Shown piece by piece: positions 34,274 through 43,122 of a DNA stretch of 45,116 nucleotides (position 1 is the stretch's first letter; every line of letters starts with the position of its first letter). Location of the stretch: positions 1 to 45,116 of IMG/VR virus record IMGVR_UViG_3300037461_000344. The stretch is one strand, 5' to 3'. This stretch comes from a virus. Taxonomy: Duplodnaviria; Caudoviricetes. The position numbers and the translations under genes are program-made. The notes beneath the pieces are model-generated. The model worked only from the letters and a program-made list of their open reading frames with translations, was not told the origin of the DNA and did not search any database.

Positions 34274-34906
34274 TCAGCCCTGCGACAGAATGTTAAGGAG
34301 TTGGGCGAGGCCAAGCCCGCCACCGATTGCCGCGCCCCAGGGGTTTGCGTACTGCGGATTGGCTGCTTGAGCGGCTTGATAGGCGGCTTGGTTCTGCGCA
34401 ACCATCTGATTGACGCCGAGGTTGCCAAGGCCGAGTTGACGCTGCGTATCGGCGCCGTAGTATCCGAGACCGAGTTGGCCCAGCCCAAGTTGGCGAGACG
34501 TGTCGGCTTGGTACTGGTTCACCCCGAGGTTCCCCAGCCCCAATGTGCGATTCAGATCCTGCTGATCGACGCCGAGGCCGGTGCTGGCCGATGCCTGCCC
34601 AGCCTGCAATCCCCTGTTGGCCCAGTTTTGATAGGCGTTCGCATATTGCGGCGCCATCGCATTGACCACGTTCTGGTTCATGCGATCCATCACAACGCCC
34701 TCGGCGAGCTTGGCCCGGTCGCCACCGTATCCGCCCGCCGTGATCGCATTGGCATTCAGTCCCGGCTTCAGGTTCGTGTTGTAGTTGTAGTTGGACTGAT
34801 CGTATAGCGACTGGCTGACCTTATCGAGCCATTGGGTGTCGAACGGCTGCTGGGCCTGCTGGAATGCGTTCAGCCCAAGGGTCAGGAAGGGGTTGTAGTC
34901 GGCCAT
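34274..34906 (-). CDS. Ejection or pilot protein (P22 gp7-like position)
   Basis: AGGYGGDR motif, Q/G/N rich, three LGLGxLG repeats. Confidence 0.65.
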   Translation of the reverse strand: MADYNPFLTLGLNAFQQAQQPFDTQWLDKVSQSLYDQSNYNYNTNLKPGLNANAITAGGYGGDRAKLAEGVVMDRMNQNVVNAMAPQYANAYQNWANRGLQAGQASASTGLGVDQQDLNRTLGLGNLGVNQYQADTSRQLGLGQLGLGYYGADTQRQLGLGNLGVNQMVAQNQAAYQAAQAANPQYANPWGAAIGGGLGLAQLLNILSQG

Positions 34907-34915
34907 GTCAGTTCC

Positions 34916-35167
34916 TCATTTGGCGACCCAGCCGGTGTTGCCGGTGCCGCTTTCCTTAATGTAGAGAGTGGTGTTTGCGCCGCCGTCAGTGCGCAGGTAC
35001 AGAGAGCCTACCGGGGCTGCAATTGCTCCTTCTGGCGTGCCGGCCCCTTTGGAGATACTCAATGCAGCAATGGACTCGATGGATCTCTCCACTGCTTCGA
35101 GTTCGCGCTCAGCCCACGGCCCGAAGTCGCCGAACGGGAAACTCTTGATGTAGCCGACAATGCTCAT
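34916..35167 (-). CDS. Short tail needle or fibre-like protein
   Basis: GTPEGAIAAPVGSLYLRTDGG..LYIKESGTGNTGW motif; position after the gp10-like gene. Confidence 0.65.
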   Translation of the reverse strand: MSIVGYIKSFPFGDFGPWAERELEAVERSIESIAALSISKGAGTPEGAIAAPVGSLYLRTDGGANTTLYIKESGTGNTGWVAK

Positions 35168-36748
35168 CTAGTACATCCCCTGCGGCTGGACATCGACATC
35201 CAAGGATTTGATCCTCCAAGGCTGTCCGTCGTTGGACCGGATACGCAGCCCCAAGAACCTGCCGGATCTGTTGACGTAAACAGCCCTCGATGTGCCTCCG
35301 TCGAACACGATTTCTGGCTGCCATACAGGTTCTTCGTTCACGCTCATCGAGGTACCTATGGACACATAGATATTCTGGTCCTCGGCCAAATCGAAACGGG
35401 GCCATACGCTGCGGAAGAACTTCACCCGTTGGGCGTCGCCAACTGCAATGTAGCTTCTGCGCAGTTCGGCATTCAGTTCAAAGCCGTCGTTGGAGTAGCC
35501 GCGCCCGAGGACGTAAAGCCGTTGTGACGTGCCGGATAGCACCGTATGCGGCAGCGAGTTCGCCAACTGATTGAGCGATTCCCAGGTCGACGTGATCGAT
35601 GACCATGTGCCTTCGACATTGCTCCACGTCACCACGTTATCGACGCTGATCTCCGAGTAGATCCCCGATGTGGCGCTTGGAAGATCGCGGATACCTAGCG
35701 TGTTGTCGGTGTAGTTCCAGGTGATCGCCTTGGTGCAGGCGGTAGCGCCGTACTCCGGGAAGCAAATCATCACCTCGGAGTCGCGCACGTTGGCCAGCAC
35801 GAAGCACCGCTTCTTGTACTGCGGGTCGACGTTGGTGAACAGCCAGTTGCGCAGGCGGTTATCGAGTATCGATTTGATTGACGATCCATTGAACACATAG
35901 ACATCGGAACTCGAAAGCACGACATGGCCGACGCCAGCTACATCCACTCCGCAGTTGTTGTTGATCATGCCGCCGGTAGAGCCGACCGGGATGCGGTTGA
36001 ACGCCATGACCAGTCGGTTGGCCGCGTCCGACCCGCCAACATACCTCATCAGCGTGATGGCCTTTTCCTGATAGATGGCCAGTTGATCGCCGAGCGGTAT
36101 CATGTCGACAATGGGGCCTTCGTTGGAGTCGAGATCGACGGAGCCGGCGTCGTTCGATACTGAGGCGACCCAACTGGCGGGCAGCGTGCCGGGCTCTGCC
36201 GATGCCGACCACCTTACCTTGTACGGGTAGGTCGTGCCGCTCTCGATCATTCCGCCGGCCACGAGGAAATACTTGAACGGGCGCAGCACCTTGCAGGTTG
36301 TCGAGGCGGGCCAGTTCGTCAGGTCGGCAAGGTTGGTAGCGGTGCCCAGTTCCTCGATTGCTATGAACTGAGGGTCGGCTGCCCCGCCATCATTCAGGAT
36401 CAGGAAGCCGGTGAGCGATCCGCCCGTCCAGCGAGAGTCAGCCGACGATCCAGGAGTGGTCGATCCGGTGATCTCGTACTCGGTGTCAGTGGAGTAGGCG
36501 AACACCTTGGTCGTGCCGCCGCCGACGATGTAGTTCGTGCCGTCGATCTTCTTGGCGCTGAACAAGCCGTAGAGGATCTGGGTGGGCTGGACAAAGGCCG
36601 ACAGATAGCCCGGCGCTCGCTCGGCAAGCCCACCTTTGAATCGCATGTTGATAACGTCGGACCACCCGAGCGGCTCGATAGGCAGGTCGTGGTCGGGCAG
36701 ATCCTTTACGACCCCGTAACCGCCGACGTTGGACAGGCTGACAATCAC
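35168..36748 (-). CDS. Tail hub or nozzle (P22 gp10-like, beta-propeller)
   Basis: About 526 aa; VRWS, SGRFLGLRI and C-terminal G; GTG overlaps the upstream stop. Confidence 0.75.
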   Translation of the reverse strand: MIVSLSNVGGYGVVKDLPDHDLPIEPLGWSDVINMRFKGGLAERAPGYLSAFVQPTQILYGLFSAKKIDGTNYIVGGGTTKVFAYSTDTEYEITGSTTPGSSADSRWTGGSLTGFLILNDGGAADPQFIAIEELGTATNLADLTNWPASTTCKVLRPFKYFLVAGGMIESGTTYPYKVRWSASAEPGTLPASWVASVSNDAGSVDLDSNEGPIVDMIPLGDQLAIYQEKAITLMRYVGGSDAANRLVMAFNRIPVGSTGGMINNNCGVDVAGVGHVVLSSSDVYVFNGSSIKSILDNRLRNWLFTNVDPQYKKRCFVLANVRDSEVMICFPEYGATACTKAITWNYTDNTLGIRDLPSATSGIYSEISVDNVVTWSNVEGTWSSITSTWESLNQLANSLPHTVLSGTSQRLYVLGRGYSNDGFELNAELRRSYIAVGDAQRVKFFRSVWPRFDLAEDQNIYVSIGTSMSVNEEPVWQPEIVFDGGTSRAVYVNRSGRFLGLRIRSNDGQPWRIKSLDVDVQPQGMY

Positions 36749-37134
36749 GATGAGGCGAAGTCCCCGAACAGGAGCCACACTTGCTCAGATTGGCGCGAGT
36801 CGTCCTCCTTGAGCAGCGTCACTACCGAGTTCTGCGCGCGGGTCTTTTTCGCCGTGCTGGCTACGTCGATGGTGATATCTGAGTTCGGGCTGATCGTCAC
36901 TTGGCCGGCCCCGTCCTGCTTGATGTGGATGCACTCGCCGCTGCGCAGCGACATGCGCGGCAGGGTGATAGTCACCGCCGATGCACTGGTAGTACAGATC
37001 ACCCAGTTAACGTCGTCCTGCGAAAGCGTGAATGCAGTACGGTCGTCGTACCTGACGTTCAACTGCGGGTAGGTGTCACCCGGCTGGATGTTGCTGTACT
37101 TGCGGGTGTACCCGATGAGTACGCCGTTGTTCAT
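36745..37134 (-). CDS. Tail-fibre-associated adaptor domain protein
   Basis: VTITLP, IKQDGAGQVTI and VTLLK..WLLFGD motifs. Confidence 0.65.
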   Translation of the reverse strand: MNNGVLIGYTRKYSNIQPGDTYPQLNVRYDDRTAFTLSQDDVNWVICTTSASAVTITLPRMSLRSGECIHIKQDGAGQVTISPNSDITIDVASTAKKTRAQNSVVTLLKEDDSRQSEQVWLLFGDFASS

Positions 37135-37529
37135 CAGAAGTCGCCGCTGTTGGTGACGTGGACCATGAACGGTTCAGCGTTGTGCGTTGCGACACCGATC
37201 TGCGCGCCGGCCTTCAGAATCCAGTTCAGGTTGGAGTAGCCGCCGCCGACAGGAGGGGCGAGCACGCTGACCGATCTGGCCGCAACCGATGCAGTGAAGA
37301 ACAGCCGCCACTGGTCGGTTGACGATTCGCGGGCGAAGAACTTCAGGCAGCCGGCGGTCGTGGTGCCCTGTGCGGCCCATCCGATTTGGTCAACTCGCGA
37401 GCCGTCATCTCCGCCAGTGAACAAAGTAACGATGGCGGTGGAACTTGCGCCGTCAAACCCCTCGACTGCGGCACTAATGTAGGCAATCTCGTAGCGCGGC
37501 GTTGATGCATATGCAGCATTGGTGCTCAT
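37134..37529 (-). CDS. Tail-associated beta-sandwich protein
   Basis: TLFTGGDDGSRVD motif; ends SGDF. Confidence 0.65.
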   Translation of the reverse strand: MSTNAAYASTPRYEIAYISAAVEGFDGASSTAIVTLFTGGDDGSRVDQIGWAAQGTTTAGCLKFFARESSTDQWRLFFTASVAARSVSVLAPPVGGGYSNLNWILKAGAQIGVATHNAEPFMVHVTNSGDF

Positions 37530-37531
37530 GG

Positions 37532-37813
37532 TCAGGCGACTCCTGCGTTCTGGAGAAGGAAGTCCTGAACGGTGACGTTGAGGACCGAGGCTTGCAGCAG
37601 GTTGATCTGCTGCTGGATATTGCTCGTAGAGTTGAGCAGATAGTTCAGTTCCTCGTCAGTCGCGGTGACGGCGGAATTGACGTTAGGGAACGTGTTCTTG
37701 AGGGCCGACTTGATGCCGCGTAAGTGGTCGTCACCTTGGGAAACGAGGTCGCCGATGGCGGGCCAGTTGACGTTCAGATCGGCAATTGAGGTAAAGCTGG
37801 ATTCGAGCGGCAT
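37532..37813 (-). CDS. Stand-alone tail-fibre N-terminal anchor domain
   Basis: GDDHLRGIKSALKNTFP motif; only 93 aa. Confidence 0.7.
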   Translation of the reverse strand: MPLESSFTSIADLNVNWPAIGDLVSQGDDHLRGIKSALKNTFPNVNSAVTATDEELNYLLNSTSNIQQQINLLQASVLNVTVQDFLLQNAGVA

Positions 37814-37859
37814 ATCGTTCAGCCCTTAAGGTTCATTTGCTTTTCAGCCGTGCGCAGCA

Positions 37860-38456
37860 CTAGGCAACCCTCATCTGAAGCCCGTGCGGGTATTTGTAGG
37901 CAAGCATGTAACTGCGGATGCGCCGGATGCACGCCTCGAATACGCCCGCATACTTGCTCATCGATTCGGTGTCCTGAGTCCAGTTAGCGGCATGCATCAG
38001 GGAGCCGTTCAGGTAAGCATCGGGGAACAGACTGAGCAGCGAATTGGATGTGGCGGTATCCGATAGCGGCGTGAACCTTGCCGTGTACACGAGCGTCAGG
38101 TCCCCGCTCCACGATGGCACCACCAGGATATTCGATCCCTGAATCGTGAAGAACTCAGGCTTGCCGGACTCGCCATCGGCGGCAGCAGCGTGGAACTGGC
38201 GTTGAGGCAGGTGGTGTAGCTGGTACGGCCCGCCGCCGTAGACGACGCTGATGGCCTGCGAGTAGTCGGACGGGAGCGACCCCGATCCGCTGGTGACGGC
38301 CACCGTAGCGGTAGCCTCCCACTGCGACAGCTTGGCCCGGACCTGCATATCGGCCTCGGCCAGCGCAATGAAATCGGGGATGCGAGAAGTGAGGTCGTCG
38401 CGGTGCAGCCAGTCGGCCACCGACGCCTGCAACTCGGAGTACGTGCTCAAGGCCAT
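37860..38456 (-). CDS. Head-tail adaptor (P22 gp4-like)
   Basis: TYSELQASVADWLHRDDL..IPDFIALAE and PDAYLNGSL. Confidence 0.85.
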   Translation of the reverse strand: MALSTYSELQASVADWLHRDDLTSRIPDFIALAEADMQVRAKLSQWEATATVAVTSGSGSLPSDYSQAISVVYGGGPYQLHHLPQRQFHAAAADGESGKPEFFTIQGSNILVVPSWSGDLTLVYTARFTPLSDTATSNSLLSLFPDAYLNGSLMHAANWTQDTESMSKYAGVFEACIRRIRSYMLAYKYPHGLQMRVA

Positions 38457-38508
38457 CCGGCCCCTCCATGAAAGGCCGGTTGGTGGCTACGGGCACTCCG
38501 GTACCGCT

Positions 38509-38536
38509 AGTATATTAGGTTCGGCTTCGTGGTCAA
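38509..38536 (-). promoter_or_regulatory. Sigma70-like promoter TTGACC-N16-TATACT driving tail genes
   Basis: Near-consensus hexamers in the 80-bp gap directly after the radical SAM stop. Confidence 0.65.
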
Positions 38537-39478
38537 TCAGGCGCGGGAGGCGACACAATCATCGCAGGGGGTACCGCTGACATCCTTGTTCAGGTGGGCC
38601 TCACGCAACTGCTGGAACCTCACACTATTCCACCCAACTTCGAAGCTGACTTCGTTCAGGTCTGCCATTACCATATTGCTGTCCAGGCCGGCCCCAAAGC
38701 AGCACGCTACCAGTTTGCCATCCTTGGTAATGTGGGCCTCGGTGAAGGCGGACCAGCAGGGCAGAGGTTCGCGCATCTTGGCAAGGCGGCCGGGATTGCC
38801 TTGGATAGGCTTCATACCGCTCGCGTCTGATGCTCCCCTCATCGAGTAAAGTGGGAGGAAATAATGTTCGTCGACGAAAGGCTCAATCTCTGCAATCATC
38901 TGGCGCATCAGATCGCCCTGCTCGCCGTCGAAAGCGATGGACGAGGCATAGATGCCGCAGTCGAAGCGTTCCTCATCGCGGATCGTGCGGGCGGCTTTGA
39001 GGTTGCTGATGGCGCGGTCGAGGTTCAGCCCGCTGACATTGGCGACCGAGGCTAATTGCTGCCGGTCGTAGAAGTTGAGGCTGAATTTGAGACTATCCAG
39101 TCCGGCATCCATGCAGGCGCGGATCTTGTCAGGCTTGGCCGCTGACCCGTTAGTTGTGAGGAACACGTATGGAAAGCCGACGAGCTTGGCCTCGCGGATG
39201 GCGTCGGGCAGCCACTGGCACAGAAACGACTCCCCGATGAAGAACACCCCAAGTTCTTCCACTCCGAGATCGTGCATTTCCCTAATGATGCGGGAGTAGA
39301 ACTTGCGGTCCATCTCGCCGTTGTCGGGGCGGATCGACTTGACGCAGAAAGAGCACTTGTAGTTGCAGTTTGCTGTCAGTTCGATCTTGCAGGATTTCGG
39401 CGGCGGAATGACCGTGCCGAGATGGCTTGCCGGAATCCCGGTAACGGCATCAATTCGTTGCGTAATTGACTTTTGCAT
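38537..39478 (-). CDS. Radical SAM enzyme with SPASM/twitch domain
   Basis: CNYKCSFC, GES, LTTNG and C-terminal C..DG...CC...CDDC; likely ATG at 39478. Confidence 0.92.
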   Translation of the reverse strand: MQKSITQRIDAVTGIPASHLGTVIPPPKSCKIELTANCNYKCSFCVKSIRPDNGEMDRKFYSRIIREMHDLGVEELGVFFIGESFLCQWLPDAIREAKLVGFPYVFLTTNGSAAKPDKIRACMDAGLDSLKFSLNFYDRQQLASVANVSGLNLDRAISNLKAARTIRDEERFDCGIYASSIAFDGEQGDLMRQMIAEIEPFVDEHYFLPLYSMRGASDASGMKPIQGNPGRLAKMREPLPCWSAFTEAHITKDGKLVACCFGAGLDSNMVMADLNEVSFEVGWNSVRFQQLREAHLNKDVSGTPCDDCVASRA

Positions 39479-40136
39479 GTGTGGTGCGGTACTCGTCGGC
39501 GTGAGGGGCGTTGGCGTAGTGCGGGAATAGCGGGATTCCCTGAGTCCAGTGCAGAAGCTTGGCGGCACCGCTTGCGCCGTACTCGTCGGCTAGCCAGTTC
39601 CAGTCAAGCGGCAGTTCGCCGATGAACTGATCGGGGCACCAGGAGAATGTCAGTGTTTCCAGCGCATTGCCGTCCCGCACAATGCTCGGATTCATCTTGC
39701 GCCAGACATAGTGGGCGCAGTTGATCAGCATGACTGATGCCCAGTTCTTGCGCGGGTAGTCCTCGTTGTCGGCCTCCATAGCGGTGCCGATGTACTTGCG
39801 CGGAGAGTTGGTGCGGTAGTGATGCTTGACGACCTGAACGGCCTTGTAAGGGTCGCGCAATCGTTCGAGGTCGGCAAGGTCCGCTTTCAGCAGCATGTCA
39901 GCCCCATCGCAGAAGATCGCGGTGCCGCGGTAGTCCTGCAACAGCGGAATCAGAAACCGCGACAGGGTGAATGCATTGGTGCCCTCGCGAACGTCAGATC
40001 CGAATGCCCTGCGCAGCATTGGTTTGTGCAGTGCAGTGATGGATACCGGTACCGTTGTGCGGTCCAGCACCGACTGGACAAACACATGGGTGCCGACATT
40101 CTCGCGTTCGTCGTGCCCGACGTACAGGTTGATCAT
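39450..40136 (-). CDS. GT-A glycosyltransferase (GT8/CDI-like)
   Basis: YVGHDERE, FTLSRFLIP, FCDGADM, YPRKNWASVML, WNWL and LLHWT. Confidence 0.85.
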   Translation of the reverse strand: MINLYVGHDERENVGTHVFVQSVLDRTTVPVSITALHKPMLRRAFGSDVREGTNAFTLSRFLIPLLQDYRGTAIFCDGADMLLKADLADLERLRDPYKAVQVVKHHYRTNSPRKYIGTAMEADNEDYPRKNWASVMLINCAHYVWRKMNPSIVRDGNALETLTFSWCPDQFIGELPLDWNWLADEYGASGAAKLLHWTQGIPLFPHYANAPHADEYRTTHAKVNYATN

Positions 40137-40672
40137 GGATATACGCGCACCATCTGGACGAAGCCTCCGCCGGCCACCAAGTCCTTGTGCGGCAGGATTT
40201 CGTGCTTGAGATCGGCGATTATCAAGTTGCAACCGAACTTCGAGGTGTCAATCGATCCAGTGTAGTAGTCGTCGAAGAACACCCATGCGTCCGGAGCGAT
40301 GACGCGCTTGATGTTCTCCCAGTCGCTGCGGATTGTCTCTACTGAGTGCCCGCCGTCGATCCATACGAAATCGATTGGCCGATCCGGGGCGAAAGCCGGC
40401 AATGTCTCACGAGTGTTGCCTTTGTAGAGCAGCGCATTGAATCCACTTAGACGATCAAGCACCTGCTCCATGTAGTGGTGCGGCTTGACGTTCTTCTCGA
40501 TGGCGTCCGTCTCGCGCGTGGCGTCCTCGAACAGGTCGAAGCCGTGATACTGGCAGCCCTCCGGGGCGACAGCGAGCATCTGCATCGCCCGCCGGCCATC
40601 CCACGTTCCGATTTCAAGTATCGAATTGGGGGCCTTCTGGCGCACAGCATCGATAAGTTGGTCGTATCTCAT
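40133..40672 (-). CDS. Class I SAM-dependent methyltransferase (Methyltransf_24-like)
   Basis: LEIGTWDG, GFDLF, DFVWIDGGHS and FDDY. Confidence 0.9.
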   Translation of the reverse strand: MRYDQLIDAVRQKAPNSILEIGTWDGRRAMQMLAVAPEGCQYHGFDLFEDATRETDAIEKNVKPHHYMEQVLDRLSGFNALLYKGNTRETLPAFAPDRPIDFVWIDGGHSVETIRSDWENIKRVIAPDAWVFFDDYYTGSIDTSKFGCNLIIADLKHEILPHKDLVAGGGFVQMVRVYP

Positions 40673-41382
40673 GCGGCGCTCCGGTTGGCGTTCTCTGGGC
40701 TAAAGCCGGCAGCCTTGCGACCGCCTTTGCAGTGATCAAGGTACTTGGCAAGCTCGACCTTGGCCATCGGGTGCATGTCCTTTTCGTGGCCGGCGGACAG
40801 GCTGACCGAGCGGATCTTGCCGGACGCCTCCATCTTGCGCACCGTGGCGTCCAGTGTTTCGCAGTCGGTCCAGTTATTGAGGCTTTTGAAGGAGTCGGAC
40901 GTGTACCAGGCGAGCCAAGTGTCGAGGAAGTTGCTGTGCTCGTAGTGCGCACAGTTGAACAGCACCATCCCGGTTTCCGAATACATGCCGGCCCGCTTGA
41001 ACAGGCCGATGTAGGCGTCGCCTAGCATGGATTGAAGCAGGCCATCGGGGATAGGCGCGTAAGCCACGGCATCCGCATCGCACCACACGCCCAGCCCATC
41101 GTAGTCGCGCAATGCGTCTGCCGTGGCAAACACCTTGTTGGCGAAGCGGACGACATCGAACAGATAGTTGGGCGGACGGTAGTTGGCGTAGCGGGCCTTG
41201 AGATCGTTCAGCGGCGCCAGTTTGGTGATTGAGCGCTGTGTCAGTCGCTCGTCCTGCGGAACTTCGTAGCCCTCGACGTACCAATAGAACTCAGTGCCGG
41301 CGGGCCAATTGTTCAGCGATTCGCGGAACCGGAAGCCGTACTCGTCGTAGCCGGCTTTGTGGCAGGTGGTGACGACTCTCAT
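40669..41382 (-). CDS. Nucleotide-diphospho-sugar transferase (GT-A fold)
   Basis: RFANKVFA, VWCDADA (DxD), ETG, WTDC and HCKG. Confidence 0.78.
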   Translation of the reverse strand: MRVVTTCHKAGYDEYGFRFRESLNNWPAGTEFYWYVEGYEVPQDERLTQRSITKLAPLNDLKARYANYRPPNYLFDVVRFANKVFATADALRDYDGLGVWCDADAVAYAPIPDGLLQSMLGDAYIGLFKRAGMYSETGMVLFNCAHYEHSNFLDTWLAWYTSDSFKSLNNWTDCETLDATVRKMEASGKIRSVSLSAGHEKDMHPMAKVELAKYLDHCKGGRKAAGFSPENANRSAA

Positions 41383-42746
41383 AGATCCTTGTCGAGCCTA
41401 GCGATTGCGTGCTTCCACTCGGTTTCGCCCTTGGTTTGGCGGTACAGGCGCACGGAGTTTGGCGGATACCAGATCAGTTCCTTGCCGCCGTTGAACTGGT
41501 AGGCATAGCGCCACTGAGCGATTGAAGGAACCAGTACCCTGGCCTTGCGGCCGAGCGCGCCGCAGACGTGCGCAACAGTGGTTGTGACGGTGACGACTTC
41601 ATCAAGAGCAGCGATCAGCGCTATGGTGTCGTCGTAGTTGGACTTGTCGATTGGCGGAATGACAATCTGCGTCTTGTTAGCGATGTTCCACTCTGCAACT
41701 TCTCTTGCGCTGTCGTGATAGGAAAGGTCGACAAAGATTGCATCGCGTTGCAGGATCGGTGCATAGTCATTCAGCGTTACGCTGCGCAGATGGGTCTGGG
41801 TCTGCTGCACGCCACCGCGCCACGCGATTCCAATGGTGCGCTTGCCGAACTGTGCTAGCCACCTGTTCCACTTATCGAACAGCGCGGGATCTGGAGTGCA
41901 ATATGCGGTGCGCTGAAAATCCGAATCGCGGTTCAGATAGAACCGGCCGAGCAGGCTGATGTGGATGCGGGCGTCGATGCGACCATAGTCGGCGGGCCAG
42001 GTGATCGCTGATTGCTTCAGCGTGCCATAGACGTGCAGGCCAGGAAAGTTTCGCTTGAAGTATCCGACCATCCGTTCGGCGCACTCCACGATCACGCGCT
42101 TGCAGTCCGCCTGAAATCGCGGCAGCAGTTGCGAAAACATGATGATGTCGCCGACCCCCTGATCGCACTGGACGACAACGGTCTGCCCCTTGGCGCCGTC
42201 CCACTGCGGTTCCTCGTCCTCGCGCTTGTTGTACACGCGGATGACGATGTGGTTGCCGTAGAGAGCCTCGGCGTACTTCCAGCCGTCGGCCCAGCGGCCC
42301 AGCGACAACGATGCGAACGCCTTGCTTACCTGCGCGATATGGTTAGTTGGCTCCAGCGCCAGTGCCCGATCGCACCAGTTGATCGTGTCGTGCCATAGGC
42401 CGCGCTGAACGTAGGTGGCGCCGATGTTGGCAATCGGCATCGGATCGTCGGGCAGAAACTTGTTGACATGACGGAACGCCTGCTCGGCCTCGGCGTACTT
42501 GTTGAGGTCGTGCAGGGCAGCCCCGTAGTTCATCCACAGGTTGGGCTGCGATCCCTCTTTCGCCAGGGCGCGCGAGAAGCACACCAGCGACAATCCGATA
42601 TTGCCCATCGCGCGCAGGCAGCAGCCGGCGAGGTATAGGGCCTCAGGCCGGTCGGGATCTTCGTTCAGGGCAATGCTGGATAGGTGCCACGCGGTCGGCC
42701 AGTCCTCGCGTTTGACGGCCGAGTGAACCGCTCTGAGATCAAGCAT
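41379..42746 (-). CDS. TPR-repeat protein fused to a GT-B (GT9-like) glycosyltransferase
   Basis: N-terminal TPRs; DQGVGDIIMF, IGIAWRG and ALIAALDEVVTVTTTVAHVCGALG. Confidence 0.85.
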   Translation of the reverse strand: MLDLRAVHSAVKREDWPTAWHLSSIALNEDPDRPEALYLAGCCLRAMGNIGLSLVCFSRALAKEGSQPNLWMNYGAALHDLNKYAEAEQAFRHVNKFLPDDPMPIANIGATYVQRGLWHDTINWCDRALALEPTNHIAQVSKAFASLSLGRWADGWKYAEALYGNHIVIRVYNKREDEEPQWDGAKGQTVVVQCDQGVGDIIMFSQLLPRFQADCKRVIVECAERMVGYFKRNFPGLHVYGTLKQSAITWPADYGRIDARIHISLLGRFYLNRDSDFQRTAYCTPDPALFDKWNRWLAQFGKRTIGIAWRGGVQQTQTHLRSVTLNDYAPILQRDAIFVDLSYHDSAREVAEWNIANKTQIVIPPIDKSNYDDTIALIAALDEVVTVTTTVAHVCGALGRKARVLVPSIAQWRYAYQFNGGKELIWYPPNSVRLYRQTKGETEWKHAIARLDKDL

Positions 42747-43074
42747 GGGTGCCTGAGGTTACCTTGAGGGCAGGGTAGTGCTGGTTGATGATGCGGAGGG
42801 CGGCTTTCCAGTCGATCTTGGGGGCCATCAGGTCAATGCCGTGCTTGAGTTTCATGTCGAGGATCACGGCATTTGGGATGCGCGCATAGTGCCACCAATC
42901 CTTCTTGATCCCGGCGCGCGAGTAGTCGGTGTCATTGCGCATCGCAAAGGTCTGGTCAAGCACCGAATTCACATCCTGCTCGTGCGTAACGTACACCCGA
43001 TCCTCGGATGCCGAGTAATCCCAATAAACGGTTTCACCGGTCAGCGGGTCGTGATCTAGAATTCTGCGTGTCAT
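42739..43074 (-). CDS. Conserved small protein following the major capsid gene
   Basis: 111 aa; QDV and HYARIP motifs. Confidence 0.75.
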   Translation of the reverse strand: MTRRILDHDPLTGETVYWDYSASEDRVYVTHEQDVNSVLDQTFAMRNDTDYSRAGIKKDWWHYARIPNAVILDMKLKHGIDLMAPKIDWKAALRIINQHYPALKVTSGTHA

Positions 43075-43081
43075 GGTCGTG

Positions 43082-43108
43082 GAAAAGGGGAGCCGAAGCC
43101 CCCCTTTC
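43082..43108 (-). terminator. Rho-independent terminator after the major capsid gene
   Basis: GGGGGGC-TTCG-GCTCCCC followed by TTTT on the minus strand. Confidence 0.8.
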
Positions 43109-43122
43109 CTATTCAGCCGCGA

